This document shows positions 31,101-41,709 of a DNA stretch of 64,000 nucleotides, piece after piece. How positions within the stretch are numbered: position 1 is the first letter of the stretch; every line of letters begins with the position of its first letter. The notes beneath the pieces were generated by a model, which saw only the letters and a program-made list of their open reading frames with translations, was not told the origin of the DNA and made no database searches. The stretch is from Methanomicrobiales archaeon. GTDB taxonomy: Archaea > Halobacteriota > Methanomicrobia > Methanomicrobiales > Methanospirillaceae. The DNA lies in the NCBI GenBank assembly GCA_037137755.1, contig JBAXJR010000003.1, forward strand, positions 53,715 through 117,714, given 5' to 3'. The position numbers and the translations under genes were made by a program.

Positions 31101-31324
31101 TTGCGTGAGAAAACAGTTGCCAGTACCCCTGGTTTATTTATTTTATTATGTTTCCATTCCTATTTGGTGCCCGTTTTAATAAGATACCGTTTTAGCTGCT
31201 CCCAGGACTTTTTAATTATCGAACTATTAACCGACATTATTCCATGGCGGGCTCATAGAAAATCAATTATTTTTACTTTAACATCAGAAAATTGAATAAC
31301 CTCACCGTCCAACCTGTTATCCCA

Positions 31325-32137
31325 ATGAAGCAGATCGCCCTGTACGGGAAGGGTGGGATCGGCAAGTCCACCACATCGGCCAACCTGTCAGCAGCGCTGG
31401 CAGAGAAGGGCCTCGATATACTCCAGATTGGGTGTGATCCCAAGCGTGACAGCACGAGAATGCTGATGCAGGGCAGGTTCATCCCTACGGTAATGGACCA
31501 TGTCAGGACAGAAGGTGATGCCGATGTCAGGCTGGAAGATATCATGTTTACCGGGTACCGCGGGGTCCGGTGCGTCGAAGCAGGAGGGCCTGAACCCGGT
31601 GTCGGGTGTGCCGGGCGGGGGATTATTGCCACCTTCCAGATCCTTGAACGCCTGGGTGCGTTGAAAGGCGATATCATTGTCTATGATGTCCTCGGAGACG
31701 TTGTATGCGGGGGGTTTGCCATGCCGATGCGTGAAGGGTATGCGCAGGAGGTCTACCTTGTTACCTCCGGGGAACTCATGTCATTATATGCGGCTAATAA
31801 TATCTGCAAGGCGATTCAACGCCTCTCCCTGAGGGCGAAGAACCGGTGCCGCCTTGCGGGTGTGATCTGCAATTCAAAAAATATGGAAAATGAAGAGCAG
31901 CTCGTCGTCGAATTTTCGAGGCAAATCAACAGCCGGCTTATCCAGTTTATCCCCCGTGACAGGACTGTCCAGCTGGCCGAGGTTCATAAAAAAACTGTGA
32001 TTGAATATGCCCCTGAATCCACGCAGGCAGGGATTTACCGGTCTCTTGCAGGGATTGTTGCGACGAATGAACAGTTTACAATTCCCACACCAATGAGTAC
32101 CGATGACCTTGAATCCCTTGCCTTTGAGTACCTCTAG
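31325..32137 (+). CDS. NifH-like Fe protein / ATP-dependent reductase (group IV; CfbC/NflH-like)
   Basis: [34 protein letters not shown] and [14 protein letters not shown] motifs. Confidence 0.92.
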   Translation: MKQIALYGKGGIGKSTTSANLSAALAEKGLDILQIGCDPKRDSTRMLMQGRFIPTVMDHVRTEGDADVRLEDIMFTGYRGVRCVEAGGPEPGVGCAGRGIIATFQILERLGALKGDIIVYDVLGDVVCGGFAMPMREGYAQEVYLVTSGELMSLYAANNICKAIQRLSLRAKNRCRLAGVICNSKNMENEEQLVVEFSRQINSRLIQFIPRDRTVQLAEVHKKTVIEYAPESTQAGIYRSLAGIVATNEQFTIPTPMSTDDLESLAFEYL

Positions 32138-33170
32138 GACCGGTGGCTGCACCCTTACCGGGGCGCTTTCGGTCACGACCGGGATTAAGGACTCGGTGAC
32201 GATAATTCATGGCCCTCCTGGTTGTGCGCATCATAACTTTTCGCTCCTCCATGCGACAATCCTTGATAACGACTGCATGGTAATCCCGAAAGTCATGTCT
32301 TCAGGGCTTTCCGAACATGATGTGATATTCGGAGGTGAGGAAGCGCTTATGAAGGTGATCCAGCAGGTCGCATCCGGGGATCCAGGAATAATATTCGTTC
32401 TTTCGACCTGTATCACCGATACGATTGGCGATGATGTCCTGGCCGTTACGGAGAATGCGGGAGTTCCGGTCTGCATGGTACCTACCGGGGGATTTTTGGG
32501 AGGCGATTTCGAAAAAGGTTTTTCACGGGCGCTGATTGCAGTTTCAAACCTTGCACTTCCCATGATTATTCCTCCTGAACGGGACCTGGAAATTTCCGGC
32601 TCCGTTAATCTGATAGGAGAAAAAAACCTTGAGTATGAGGTGAAACAAAACTTCCTGGAAGTCAAGCGCCTGGTTTCCCTGCTTAATCTTAGCATCAATC
32701 TTCGTTTTGCCCATGATATTACACGCTCCGATATTGACCGTCTCCCCCTTGCATCGGTGAATATTTTAAGAGAACCCGCACTATCAGGAGTCGGTGATCA
32801 CCTGCTGTCCACATTCGGTACTCCGTACCTCAACTCATTTCCGCTCGGTATCCGCGGGACCCTGTCCTTTATCAGGAATATAGCTGCCCGGTCTGGATCT
32901 TCGCCGGATGAAGCGATCGATAGTGAAAAAGAACACCAGATGGAGATACTTAATGGATTTTCAGACCTCCGTGGTGCCCGTGTAAGATTTACCATTCCGG
33001 CAGGGCACCCGGAATATCCCCTGGTTAAGGAGATCTCCATGGCTATCGGGTTTGAGGAATCCCCTGATGGCACCTTATTGCCGGTGCCTTATCCATTCCC
33101 GGTGGGGACAAGTGGAATGAAAAGGATGCTTCACCTCTGGAGGAGGACACTACCTTGCCTGGTTGCTTAA
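32103..33170 (+). CDS. Nitrogenase component-1-like subunit (short NifD/E-like)
   Basis: GGC16TLTGA, HGPPGC41, VIFGGEE.L and STC103ITDTIGDD; overlaps the nifH-like stop. Confidence 0.85.
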   Translation: MTLNPLPLSTSRTGGCTLTGALSVTTGIKDSVTIIHGPPGCAHHNFSLLHATILDNDCMVIPKVMSSGLSEHDVIFGGEEALMKVIQQVASGDPGIIFVLSTCITDTIGDDVLAVTENAGVPVCMVPTGGFLGGDFEKGFSRALIAVSNLALPMIIPPERDLEISGSVNLIGEKNLEYEVKQNFLEVKRLVSLLNLSINLRFAHDITRSDIDRLPLASVNILREPALSGVGDHLLSTFGTPYLNSFPLGIRGTLSFIRNIAARSGSSPDEAIDSEKEHQMEILNGFSDLRGARVRFTIPAGHPEYPLVKEISMAIGFEESPDGTLLPVPYPFPVGTSGMKRMLHLWRRTLPCLVA

Positions 33171-34291
33171 ACCCTGTATGGCCATGTGCGCTGACCGGGG
33201 CAGTTGCGGCTCTTTCCGGGTTTTCTGGCATCGCGGTAGTAATTCACGGCTCAAGTGGTTGTTATTTTTACCCTGCCACCTTATTGCACCATGATCTCCA
33301 CAGCACCTTCCTTGTTGAACAGGAAGTGATTTTCGGTACGAGTGAACGGCTTGTTGAAGTTGTGAAGGACCTTTCCCTGACTTACAAAAAAGTGGCGGTG
33401 GTCAACTCGTGTGTCCCATCTGTTCTTGGTGAAGATGTCCGGGATATTCTTTTAGAATATGACATAATCTTCGTTGACAGCCCCGGATTTACTGGTGACT
33501 TTGAGTCCGGTTATCTTCATGCAGTAAAAGACCTGCCTGTCTGTATGCAACAGGGTACAGAACAGGTGAATGTTGAAGGGGTAAATCTTATCGACCCGTT
33601 TGCCCGCGGTAACCAGCGCGAAGCAGAACGGCTTCTTCAAATGGTGGGAGTTTCTGTAGGCACAGTCTTCTGCCATGATTCATACGAGTCGCTTAACAAT
33701 GCAGCCGGCTATTCAGTTACGGTAAATCCGGACCTCCCTGCAGGTTATGGGTGTCAACTTGGCTCTCTCCTCGGCCTTCCTTCACTACGAAAAACGGTAA
33801 ATAACCTGGCAGACAGGTTTTGTAATGCAGATATCGTGGGAATTGAATCCGAGATACTCATGGTCGAAGAACGGATTACAAAAGCAGCTGACAAGTACCT
33901 GAAACGGTTTGATCCTCCATCAGTAGCCATTTTCTCCACCTGTTCATACTCAGGATTTGCCGCTGCCACGTTACACCAGTACCTTGATGCGGATATTGTG
34001 TTTTGCGGGTCACGAAATGAACCGCAGCCTGCCTGTACAAACGCCATCAGGGTAACTTCTCTGGAAATAATTGAGGAAACAATTCATGAGCATGCTCCCG
34101 ATCTGGTCCTCGGGTCGACCTTTGAACGTTCTGTTGCAGGAAATGCCGCATTTTTCGGGCTCACCCCTCCAATCCGTGGGGAGTTCCGGCTTTCATCAAA
34201 ACCACTCGCCGGTACGGAAGGTGAACTGGTGTTCATGGAAGACATTCTGAATGCCTGTATGGACCGCCAGCAACGGAACCCAGTGAAATAG
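33155..34291 (+). CDS. Nitrogenase component-1-like subunit (short NifK/N-like)
   Basis: NP.WPC11ALTGA, HGSSGC36, VIFG, NSC86VPSVLGED, SPGFTG and PDLVLGSTFE. Confidence 0.85.
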   Translation: MPGCLNPVWPCALTGAVAALSGFSGIAVVIHGSSGCYFYPATLLHHDLHSTFLVEQEVIFGTSERLVEVVKDLSLTYKKVAVVNSCVPSVLGEDVRDILLEYDIIFVDSPGFTGDFESGYLHAVKDLPVCMQQGTEQVNVEGVNLIDPFARGNQREAERLLQMVGVSVGTVFCHDSYESLNNAAGYSVTVNPDLPAGYGCQLGSLLGLPSLRKTVNNLADRFCNADIVGIESEILMVEERITKAADKYLKRFDPPSVAIFSTCSYSGFAAATLHQYLDADIVFCGSRNEPQPACTNAIRVTSLEIIEETIHEHAPDLVLGSTFERSVAGNAAFFGLTPPIRGEFRLSSKPLAGTEGELVFMEDILNACMDRQQRNPVK

Positions 34292-34327
34292 CCATCGATA
34301 ACGATTTATTTACCTCTTCTGCTTCAT

Positions 34328-34837
34328 GTGTATTTTCCATCACTTTCACCCTGCGCATATCGAGAATTTATATATCGCGATAATAAGAGTGGATCTTTGG
34401 CAGATGAAATGACCATGATTTCAAAAGCAGGATACTTTCAGCAGAACGGGTATGCAGCACTTGATGACGAAGGAACGCCAAAACAGATCGCTGAGCTCAA
34501 TATCCGCGGAACAAAATACGGGATCCGGCTCGATGAATTGAAGGAGGCCCTGTATGGTCACCACCCGGCACGGGTTGAGCGGGTATTTCAGAACTGGCAA
34601 CAGTACCTGGGTGGCATTGCAGGACTTGCCCACATATCCCGCTCGGGAAAGGCATTGAATATTGAACTTGTTGAAGGGGGAAGATATACCGTTGCCCTTG
34701 ACTCTCTGGTTTCAGCACTTTCCCGGCGAGGTGTATATGCATCGGTTGGAGAGATTCCGGAACCCGTCTCATCATGGGATATCAGGGGAAGAAAAATCGC
34801 ACACGGTCAGCAGACAATCCCGGTGCATGTGACATAA
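34328..34837 (+). CDS. Hypothetical protein (likely start ATG 34409 or 34415)
   Basis: Uninterrupted ORF with protein-like composition filling the gap; no motif recognised. Confidence 0.6.
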   Translation: MYFPSLSPCAYREFIYRDNKSGSLADEMTMISKAGYFQQNGYAALDDEGTPKQIAELNIRGTKYGIRLDELKEALYGHHPARVERVFQNWQQYLGGIAGLAHISRSGKALNIELVEGGRYTVALDSLVSALSRRGVYASVGEIPEPVSSWDIRGRKIAHGQQTIPVHVT

Positions 34838-34882
34838 GCTGGAACTATTCCATTGTCTGAATATAAAAAAATGAGATGAAAA

Positions 34883-35998
34883 TCAGGTCTTTACAATAAT
34901 CTCTGCAATTGCATCCCCGACCCCGGTGGTCCCTGACTGGCCCCCCATATCTTTTGTTACATTTCCAGCCAGGATGCATTTCTCGATTGCGTTGACAATT
35001 GCACCGGCAGCTTGATGCTCACCGATATGGTCAAGGAGCATGGAACCCGCCCAGATGGTGGCCATCGGGTTCGCTACCCCTAAACCCTTGTACTTTGGAG
35101 CAGATCCATGGATGGGTTCAAACATCGAGGTCCCTTCCGGATTGATGTTCCCGCCCGGGGCAAGGCCAAGCCCTCCCTGTATCATTGCACCGAGATCGGT
35201 GATAATATCGCCAAACATGTTCGGGGTGACCACGACATCGAACCACTCCGGGTTCTTTACGAACCACATCGTGATGGCATCGACAAAATTAAACTCAGTC
35301 GTTATTCCGGGGTGCCTGGCTGATCTTTCGAGGAAGACGTCCCGCCATAGGCCATACATATCAGAAAGCACGTTTGCCTTGTCTACGGATGTTAATTTCT
35401 TCTTTCGTTTCTCTGCAAGGTTAAATGAATAATCTATGACACGACGTGCTCCTTCCCTGGTAATAACCCCGATCTGGTAGGCGATCTCTTCCGCATCGCT
35501 CTCCACATCGAGATCAAATTTTACGTTATAGAGCTCGCGGTTGATTAATAGTTCAATTTTCTGTTGTTGTTTGAACCGGGAACCAATGCCAACGTAGAAA
35601 TCCTCGGTGTTTTCTCTCACCACGATAAAATCAATATCTTCAGGACGCTTCCCTGCAAGTGGTGTAGCCACACCTTCAAGCAGGCGGATTGGTCTCAGAT
35701 TAATATATTGATCAAAGTAAAAGCGCAAGGATAAAAGGATTCCCTTCTCCAGGATACCCGGTTTTACCCGTTCATCTCCTATTGCCCCGAAATAAATTGC
35801 CGGAAACGCTGATAATTCTTTTAAGTCTTTCTCGGTCAGGAGAGTACCGGTTTTGAGGTATCGTTCTGCACCGATATCAAAGTCAGTCCACTGGATATCA
35901 AAGTTAAACCGCTCACCGGCGGCATCCAGGACTTTTTTTCCTTCAAGAATGATTTCCGGGCCGATACCATCCCCGCCTATTGATGCGATGCGATACAA
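34883..35998 (-). CDS. leuB: 3-isopropylmalate dehydrogenase (isocitrate/IPM dehydrogenase family)
   Basis: [28 protein letters not shown] and FEPIHGSAP motifs. Confidence 0.85.
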   Translation of the reverse strand: MYRIASIGGDGIGPEIILEGKKVLDAAGERFNFDIQWTDFDIGAERYLKTGTLLTEKDLKELSAFPAIYFGAIGDERVKPGILEKGILLSLRFYFDQYINLRPIRLLEGVATPLAGKRPEDIDFIVVRENTEDFYVGIGSRFKQQQKIELLINRELYNVKFDLDVESDAEEIAYQIGVITREGARRVIDYSFNLAEKRKKKLTSVDKANVLSDMYGLWRDVFLERSARHPGITTEFNFVDAITMWFVKNPEWFDVVVTPNMFGDIITDLGAMIQGGLGLAPGGNINPEGTSMFEPIHGSAPKYKGLGVANPMATIWAGSMLLDHIGEHQAAGAIVNAIEKCILAGNVTKDMGGQSGTTGVGDAIAEIIVKT

Positions 35999-36474
35999 AC
36001 CGGCACCTCCTGGAATTCCCGGGCATATTCTACGAGGCCCCCGGATGTTACTATTTTCATCAGGAACTCCGGAATTGGCTCTATAGGGAATTTCTGTCCT
36101 TCAACGATAAGATAACCCCCGGTTAAATCAACCATTACACTATTCCCTTCGATAATGGAATCGGCCTTATCGCAGACTACGGGAAGCAGGCCCACATTTA
36201 TCGCATTGCGGTAAAAAATCCGAGCAAATGATTCGGCAATCACCATGGTGATTCCGGCACCTTTCAATGCAATCGGTGCATGCTCACGGGATGAGCCGCA
36301 TCCAAAATTCTTGCCTGCAACAATAATGTCTCCGGGTTTCACTTCACTGGTAAATTCATCCCGTATGCCTTCAAATGCATGTTTTGCAAGCTCATGGGGG
36401 TCGTAAATGGTAAGGAACCTTCCTGGTATTATTGCATCTGTGTCGATATTATCTCCAAACTTCCATACTCTCAT
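35977..36474 (-). CDS. leuD: 3-isopropylmalate dehydratase small subunit
   Basis: [21 protein letters not shown] and [12 protein letters not shown] motifs. Confidence 0.85.
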   Translation of the reverse strand: MRVWKFGDNIDTDAIIPGRFLTIYDPHELAKHAFEGIRDEFTSEVKPGDIIVAGKNFGCGSSREHAPIALKGAGITMVIAESFARIFYRNAINVGLLPVVCDKADSIIEGNSVMVDLTGGYLIVEGQKFPIEPIPEFLMKIVTSGGLVEYAREFQEVPVCIASHQ

Positions 36475-37727
36475 TATTCCACCTCCCTTGGATCGGTTAT
36501 TTCACCATAGATACCACTCGCTGCTGCCGTGGCAGGTGAACAAAGGTAGACCGATGCACCGGTACTACCCTGCCTGCCCTTAAAATTGCGGTTGGACGTG
36601 GAGAGAGAGACCTCTCCGGGGGCCAGGAGCCCGAATGCGCCTCCCATACATGGTCCGCAACAGGGTGCTTCAACAAGAGCCCCGGCGGTAACAAAGCGTT
36701 CTACCAGTCCTGCACGCAGCGTCTTTAAATATTCCTGCCGTGATGCAGGTATAATGATGACCCTGACATTATCTGAGAATTTCCTGTTCCCAAGTACTTC
36801 TGCAACCTCAACAAAGTCTTCAAACCGCCCGTTCGTACATGAACCGATAAATACCTGGTCCACTTTCGTCCCGGCAACGTTGGTCACATCGACTCCGAGG
36901 TCGACATTATGTGGTTCTGCGACCTGTGGTGCGAGATTTTTCACATCATAGGTGCGGTCCTCAGTAAAGGACGCGTTATTGTCGCTCTCCAGTGAAAAAG
37001 GGACAATTTTCCGTACCCTGCTAATATAGTCCCAGGTAATAGCATCCGGAGGTACTATCCCCGCCTTTGCTCCCATCTCGATTGCCATGTTGCAGCAGGT
37101 CATACGCCCTGACATGTCCATGGCCTTCATGGTAGTTCCGATAAATTCAATCGCCTTGTACGTCGCACCGTCTGCCCCTATATCTGCAGCTATTGAGAGG
37201 ATCAGGTCTTTAGGCCCCACTCTTTTCTGGAACGCTCCATTTGCAGTTACCCTGATAGTTTCCGGTATGCGGAAATATAATGCCCCGAATTTCAGGGCAA
37301 ATCCCATGTCCGTGGAGCCGATACCTGTAGCAAATGCTCCTGCGGCGCCATACATGCAGGTGTGGGAATCAGCACCCACGACGATTTCACCCGGAGCTGC
37401 TTTACCCATCTCCATGGTCACCTGGTGGCAGACACCCTCCCGGAGGTCATAATTGAAAATTCCCTGCTCTTTAGCAAAATTTCTCATATATACATGATTT
37501 TCGGCAGCCTCTATCGAGTCAGCAGGGATCTGGTGGTCAAAGAGCATGGTGATCCGTTCGGGGTCATGGACATGTTTCCCCCCCATTTCGTAAAATTTTC
37601 GGATTGCAAGTGGTCCGGTGATATCGTGGATCATGGCGTTATCAACAGGCGCCATCACTACCTCACCTGCACAGACATCCTTTTTGCATTTCATCGAAAA
37701 TATCTTTTCAACTATCGTTGCACCCAT
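36474..37727 (-). CDS. leuC: 3-isopropylmalate dehydratase large subunit
   Basis: FDH..P, GVCHQ, GADSHT, IGSCTNGR, CCGPCMG and NRNFKGRQG motifs. Confidence 0.85.
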   Translation of the reverse strand: MGATIVEKIFSMKCKKDVCAGEVVMAPVDNAMIHDITGPLAIRKFYEMGGKHVHDPERITMLFDHQIPADSIEAAENHVYMRNFAKEQGIFNYDLREGVCHQVTMEMGKAAPGEIVVGADSHTCMYGAAGAFATGIGSTDMGFALKFGALYFRIPETIRVTANGAFQKRVGPKDLILSIAADIGADGATYKAIEFIGTTMKAMDMSGRMTCCNMAIEMGAKAGIVPPDAITWDYISRVRKIVPFSLESDNNASFTEDRTYDVKNLAPQVAEPHNVDLGVDVTNVAGTKVDQVFIGSCTNGRFEDFVEVAEVLGNRKFSDNVRVIIIPASRQEYLKTLRAGLVERFVTAGALVEAPCCGPCMGGAFGLLAPGEVSLSTSNRNFKGRQGSTGASVYLCSPATAAASGIYGEITDPREVE

Positions 37728-38015
37728 GCTCGATCACCTTTTCTATTTGATTTTTTATTATATTCCACTTTGGGTTGACTTCTGTTAATAAAAGCCGTTA
37801 CCTTCAGGTTATACTACCTCCAGTGATATTGACGACGGATTATTATGGTAATCAAATGTAAGGTAATGCTATTTTGGTCATTTCAGGCAGGGATAGGAAA
37901 CGAGGTACAAAAAAATCCTGATAGGATATGGTTCACAGGTAACATTACACCTACAGATTTTGCAAACAGCAGAAGGTCTATTATATCCGGAAAAGACACA
38001 AAGTCGACGATTTAT

Positions 38016-38756
38016 ATGCGAAAGCAATTGATGCTACGAGGTATGGTATGCATGTTCCTGATAGTCCTCACCCTAGGGACTGTTACCGCCGCAACAGGCA
38101 ATTCATTGGAAAATAATGCAATTACAAAGCAGTGCAACAGCAGAACTCCTGGTTACACCCGACGTTGCGGAAGTCTTACTATTCAGTCCAGACACAACGT
38201 GCTGATGTCAAGGTAACCCCGAGTGAAAATGTGAAAATAATGACTGATATATTGAATTCTCTGGTGAATGCCGGAGTACTAAAAGATCAGAGTAACACGA
38301 CCGGGTATACTATTTACCAATCTATGAAGACAATAGCAACAAACTGTTTTCCAGGAAAGTCAGGATGTACCTGGTTACCAATACCTTCGTTATCACGTTA
38401 AACGATATCAGTCGGGCGGGGGATGTAATAGATATCTCGGTTGCTTATGGTGCAAACCAGGTCAATTACAGCTCTTTTATACTTGCTGCCGAAACTGCAC
38501 AGTCCCATCGTAGTGTTGCCCCGGCAAAGGCGGTTCAGCCGACGAGGGCTGATGTCAATACTGCTGCGAGAGCGATCGGTGTAAACATTACCGGTGAAAA
38601 AGAGGCGTTATCGGTAGCAGTCTGACGCCTGTAGTCTATGATAGTTAAGGTCATTGAAGATGGAAGGTGGTGCATCATCAGTCTTGTCTATGCCGATCAC
38701 ACCAGGTGATGTGAAGGTGTCTGCATTCTGTCATGGTAAGCTATCTTTTACGTTAA
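38016..38756 (+). pseudogene. Multiply frameshifted SIMPL/DUF541-family exported protein
   Basis: Signal peptide in one frame; EN...M..I.N.L...GV, then Y.VTNT..ITL.DI..AG.VID..V..GAN.V...F, then PITPGDVKVSA / SVMVSYLLR* in successive frames. Confidence 0.75.
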
Positions 38757-38888
38757 TACCCGTTCCCCAGTCCAACGGGTACATCAGTTTTTTTATTTAA
38801 TCCAATAAAATCCGGTTAAATTTGTTGGATTGTACCGTTAATAACAATTTTAATGCTTGAGGCCGTAACTTATGTCGGATTTAAAATA

Positions 38889-39332
38889 ATGGAAAGAAAT
38901 ATTGGGTTCAAAGAGAGGAGATATATCGAGGAATTACGGATCCTCACGAAGTCAACAGCACTTGATTGTGTGATAGACGAGCGTTTCTGCCGTGTTATAT
39001 ATGTTGTAAAAATCGGGGACATGGGTCTTGCCATTGGAAAAAAGGGGGAAAATATCCGAAGAATGCAGAGTGTGCTTGGAAAACGGGTTGAGATGGTTGA
39101 GTATGCTGATTCAATGGATGAATTCGTGGCGAATGTGTTCCGGCCAGCTGAAATAGATCACATCCAGAAGAAGGACGGCGATCTACAGGTAGATGTGTTT
39201 CTTAAGAAAAAAAATGACCTTGGTATCGCTATTGGCAAAGGGGGATGTAATATAGAGAAAGGCCGGGTACTACTGAAACGATTTTTTGGTTCTGATTTAT
39301 GCGAAGTCCTTGTTGAAGGTGGGATCGAATGA
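38889..39332 (+). CDS. nusA: Archaeal NusA-like KH-domain protein
   Basis: DC..D, MGLAIGKKGENI and GIAIGKGG.NI KH motifs. Confidence 0.85.
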   Translation: MERNIGFKERRYIEELRILTKSTALDCVIDERFCRVIYVVKIGDMGLAIGKKGENIRRMQSVLGKRVEMVEYADSMDEFVANVFRPAEIDHIQKKDGDLQVDVFLKKKNDLGIAIGKGGCNIEKGRVLLKRFFGSDLCEVLVEGGIE

Positions 39333-39622
39333 GTGATACAGACGTCCTCGAAGAACTGTTCAGGGTAATCGATGACAGGATCGTCAACCCAAAACCCGGG
39401 TCGTATGTGACCAGTCTTGTGACCGACCCGAAAGGGATTGATAAAGTCCTTGAAAAGGTTGGGGAGGAGACAACAGAGTTCATTATTGCTGTGAAAAATG
39501 GATTCCCTGCACGCACGGTTGAAGAGGCTGCAGACCTTCAGTTCCACCTTCTGATAGCACTCCGCCTTGCGGGAATAGACCTGTCCGACCTTATGAAAGA
39601 GTTGAAAAAACGCAGGAAATAA
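39329..39622 (+). CDS. hisE: Phosphoribosyl-ATP pyrophosphatase
   Basis: SYVTSL, KVGEE..E and EAADL.FH motifs. Confidence 0.92.
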   Translation: MSDTDVLEELFRVIDDRIVNPKPGSYVTSLVTDPKGIDKVLEKVGEETTEFIIAVKNGFPARTVEEAADLQFHLLIALRLAGIDLSDLMKELKKRRK

Positions 39623-39779
39623 GAATTCTTTGCTGGATATAACTTTTTACATAATTTTTTGAGTCCTTATTGTTATAACCCGGTTTTAAAAAACAAGGTA
39701 TTTTTTTAATGTATTTTTCAATAGCCAAGGATATCGGGCTGGTTATTCTGCCCGTTCCTATAATGTTTTCCCCTTATTT

Positions 39780-40244
39780 TTATCCATAGAGGTACGCCTG
39801 TAACCCTATAAATGGCGGGAGGTCAGAGATGTGCAGGCCTGAGGCCCAGGCTACCGCACGTTCAAGGAATATATCTGATTTACATCGTAATGCAATGGCA
39901 ATCCCATCGCTCGGGCGGCAGTCTATCATTTCTACCTGGTTGTCCCGGTAGAGCATGAGGTTTGCATAGTATACCCCATCTTCGAGAGAATCGATATGAA
40001 GTGCCCTCAGTGAGACCTGGTAACGGTTGAAGAAGTCAAGAAAAAGGTCATGTGTCAGGGGTCGTGGGGCAATTTCGTTCTGTAATGCAGTATGTATGGA
40101 AATTGCTTCCCAAAGTCCGATATATATCGGGACGCAGGTGTCACTCGTTACATCAAGAATAACAGCAGGTGAAGTACCGCCTTGTGATACAGCGACAAAA
40201 ACCCCCCTGACACTACAGGGAATCAGATCCATGTGAGGATCCAT
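39780..40244 (-). CDS. Bifunctional nuclease family protein (DUF151)
   Basis: PIYIG..EA..I, RPLTHDL and D.RPSD.IAIALR motifs. Confidence 0.9.
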   Translation of the reverse strand: MDPHMDLIPCSVRGVFVAVSQGGTSPAVILDVTSDTCVPIYIGLWEAISIHTALQNEIAPRPLTHDLFLDFFNRYQVSLRALHIDSLEDGVYYANLMLYRDNQVEMIDCRPSDGIAIALRCKSDIFLERAVAWASGLHISDLPPFIGLQAYLYG

Positions 40245-40292
40245 CTGTCTGAATGATGATAAAGAGTTCGCGTCATATGCAGTCTTATATCA

Positions 40293-40868
40293 TCAGACCG
40301 CAAAAAGGTCCCGGTTCCCAACAATCCTGAGAACCCCTGCTCTGAGTGCTGCATCGAGCCATCCATGACCATAACTGAAACAAGCGAGTGCATCCTCATA
40401 CCGTTCTATCCGCAAAAACATTCCCCCCCCCGCCAAATAGGTTGTTGCAACAGCAATTACCCGTTCACCACCTTCATACCAGCAGATACCTGTCTCGGAA
40501 CCGGGTTTTGAGGATCTTGTAGCACTATTGAGAAGCCGCTGGTACCGGCAGGCCTTTTCAACAAGCTGGTGGTTACAATTGACCGGGATTGAAGTACCGT
40601 CTGACAACAGGTTTCTGCAAAGAGGTTGCCCGGATGTAATGATACCTATATAGCGACCGGTATCCAGCCAGCCTGCAGCATATGCAAAACTTGCAAGTGC
40701 ATTAACCGGGTCATCCCTGGCCGAAAAACTGTTGCCGTCTTTTTGGTAGCATTGAGCCATGCCGAGAATCTCACTGCCGGCACGAGCAAGCAGGCTTTTT
40801 TGGGGCGCCAGAATATCAGAATGCTCTAAATTCCAGGTTAAATCCTTATGAAACGTTCTGATTTCCAT
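40293..40868 (-). CDS. DUF357 protein (two repeats)
   Basis: Two copies of Y..D/GG..F...AL...F.Y..GWLD. Confidence 0.85.
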   Translation of the reverse strand: MEIRTFHKDLTWNLEHSDILAPQKSLLARAGSEILGMAQCYQKDGNSFSARDDPVNALASFAYAAGWLDTGRYIGIITSGQPLCRNLLSDGTSIPVNCNHQLVEKACRYQRLLNSATRSSKPGSETGICWYEGGERVIAVATTYLAGGGMFLRIERYEDALACFSYGHGWLDAALRAGVLRIVGNRDLFAV

Positions 40869-41613
40869 AACCCGCAAACACCTCCAGGTATTCCCGCTCC
40901 ATATCATGGAGTCCTGCAGGAATCAACATTATATGAAGCGGGCCGCCAAAATTGGCCTCTTTCATTGTAGCAGCCCCTCCTGCCAGTACCATTGGTTCGG
41001 GTGAACCAGCCCGTGCTATCCCGATATAGCAGGGAATTTGAAACCCTGCTTCAAAAACCATTGGTTCGAGGAGGTTTACTGCCTCGTGGATTGTCATATA
41101 CCGCTTCTCCTGGATATCCAGGTAGACAATGGTGTGCAGGTTATCCTCCTGGTTTTTCCTGATCACATCAGCAGGTGTTGTCGGGCACCATTTACCGTGG
41201 GGAAATGGAAGTGAGCAGGACTTTCCAAACCGGTAATTCTGCAACCCGGAAAGACCACAGACCGCAGATACAATTGATGATCCATGGATTATCTCTGTCC
41301 TGATCCCCATGTGCGCAGCCCTGATTCGTAGATCGATGTGGGTAGTGGAGACCATCGGATCTCCTCCGGTAAGGAAGACCACATTTTTTGTCAGCGCGTG
41401 AGTGAGGAATATCTCAGGGTGTTGTTCCACGTCGTCCCTTTTCAGGACCTTCAGTTCTGTACCATAGTAGTTCACCATCGCTTCCCGTGAGGTCCCGGTG
41501 AGAAGCGAGGTATATGCTTCAAGATAGACCTGATCTGCATTTCTTATAGCCTTTAAACCCTTCGCTGATACGTCTTCAAGATCATAGAGCCCAAGCCCGA
41601 CAAAAGTAAGCAT
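40846..41613 (-). CDS. dph5: Diphthine synthase
   Basis: [33 protein letters not shown] and LHT..YLDI motifs. Confidence 0.93.
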   Translation of the reverse strand: MLTFVGLGLYDLEDVSAKGLKAIRNADQVYLEAYTSLLTGTSREAMVNYYGTELKVLKRDDVEQHPEIFLTHALTKNVVFLTGGDPMVSTTHIDLRIRAAHMGIRTEIIHGSSIVSAVCGLSGLQNYRFGKSCSLPFPHGKWCPTTPADVIRKNQEDNLHTIVYLDIQEKRYMTIHEAVNLLEPMVFEAGFQIPCYIGIARAGSPEPMVLAGGAATMKEANFGGPLHIMLIPAGLHDMEREYLEVFAGYGNQNVS

Positions 41614-41709
41614 CTTATCATCGCCGTCCTTTATTGCGTTTCCTGGTGGTATTACAATACCTTTAGTTCAGTGTGATTATTGAACGTATACTGGTACTAG
41701 TCCCCGGTC

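Noticed and set aside
31325-34291. True Mo/V/Fe nitrogenase, or the standard cfbCD pair
   Set aside because: The subunits are too short, show no FeMoco ligands and have no nifBEN/glnB neighbours. Two different component-1 genes without the CfbD PRP motif do not fit CfbD.
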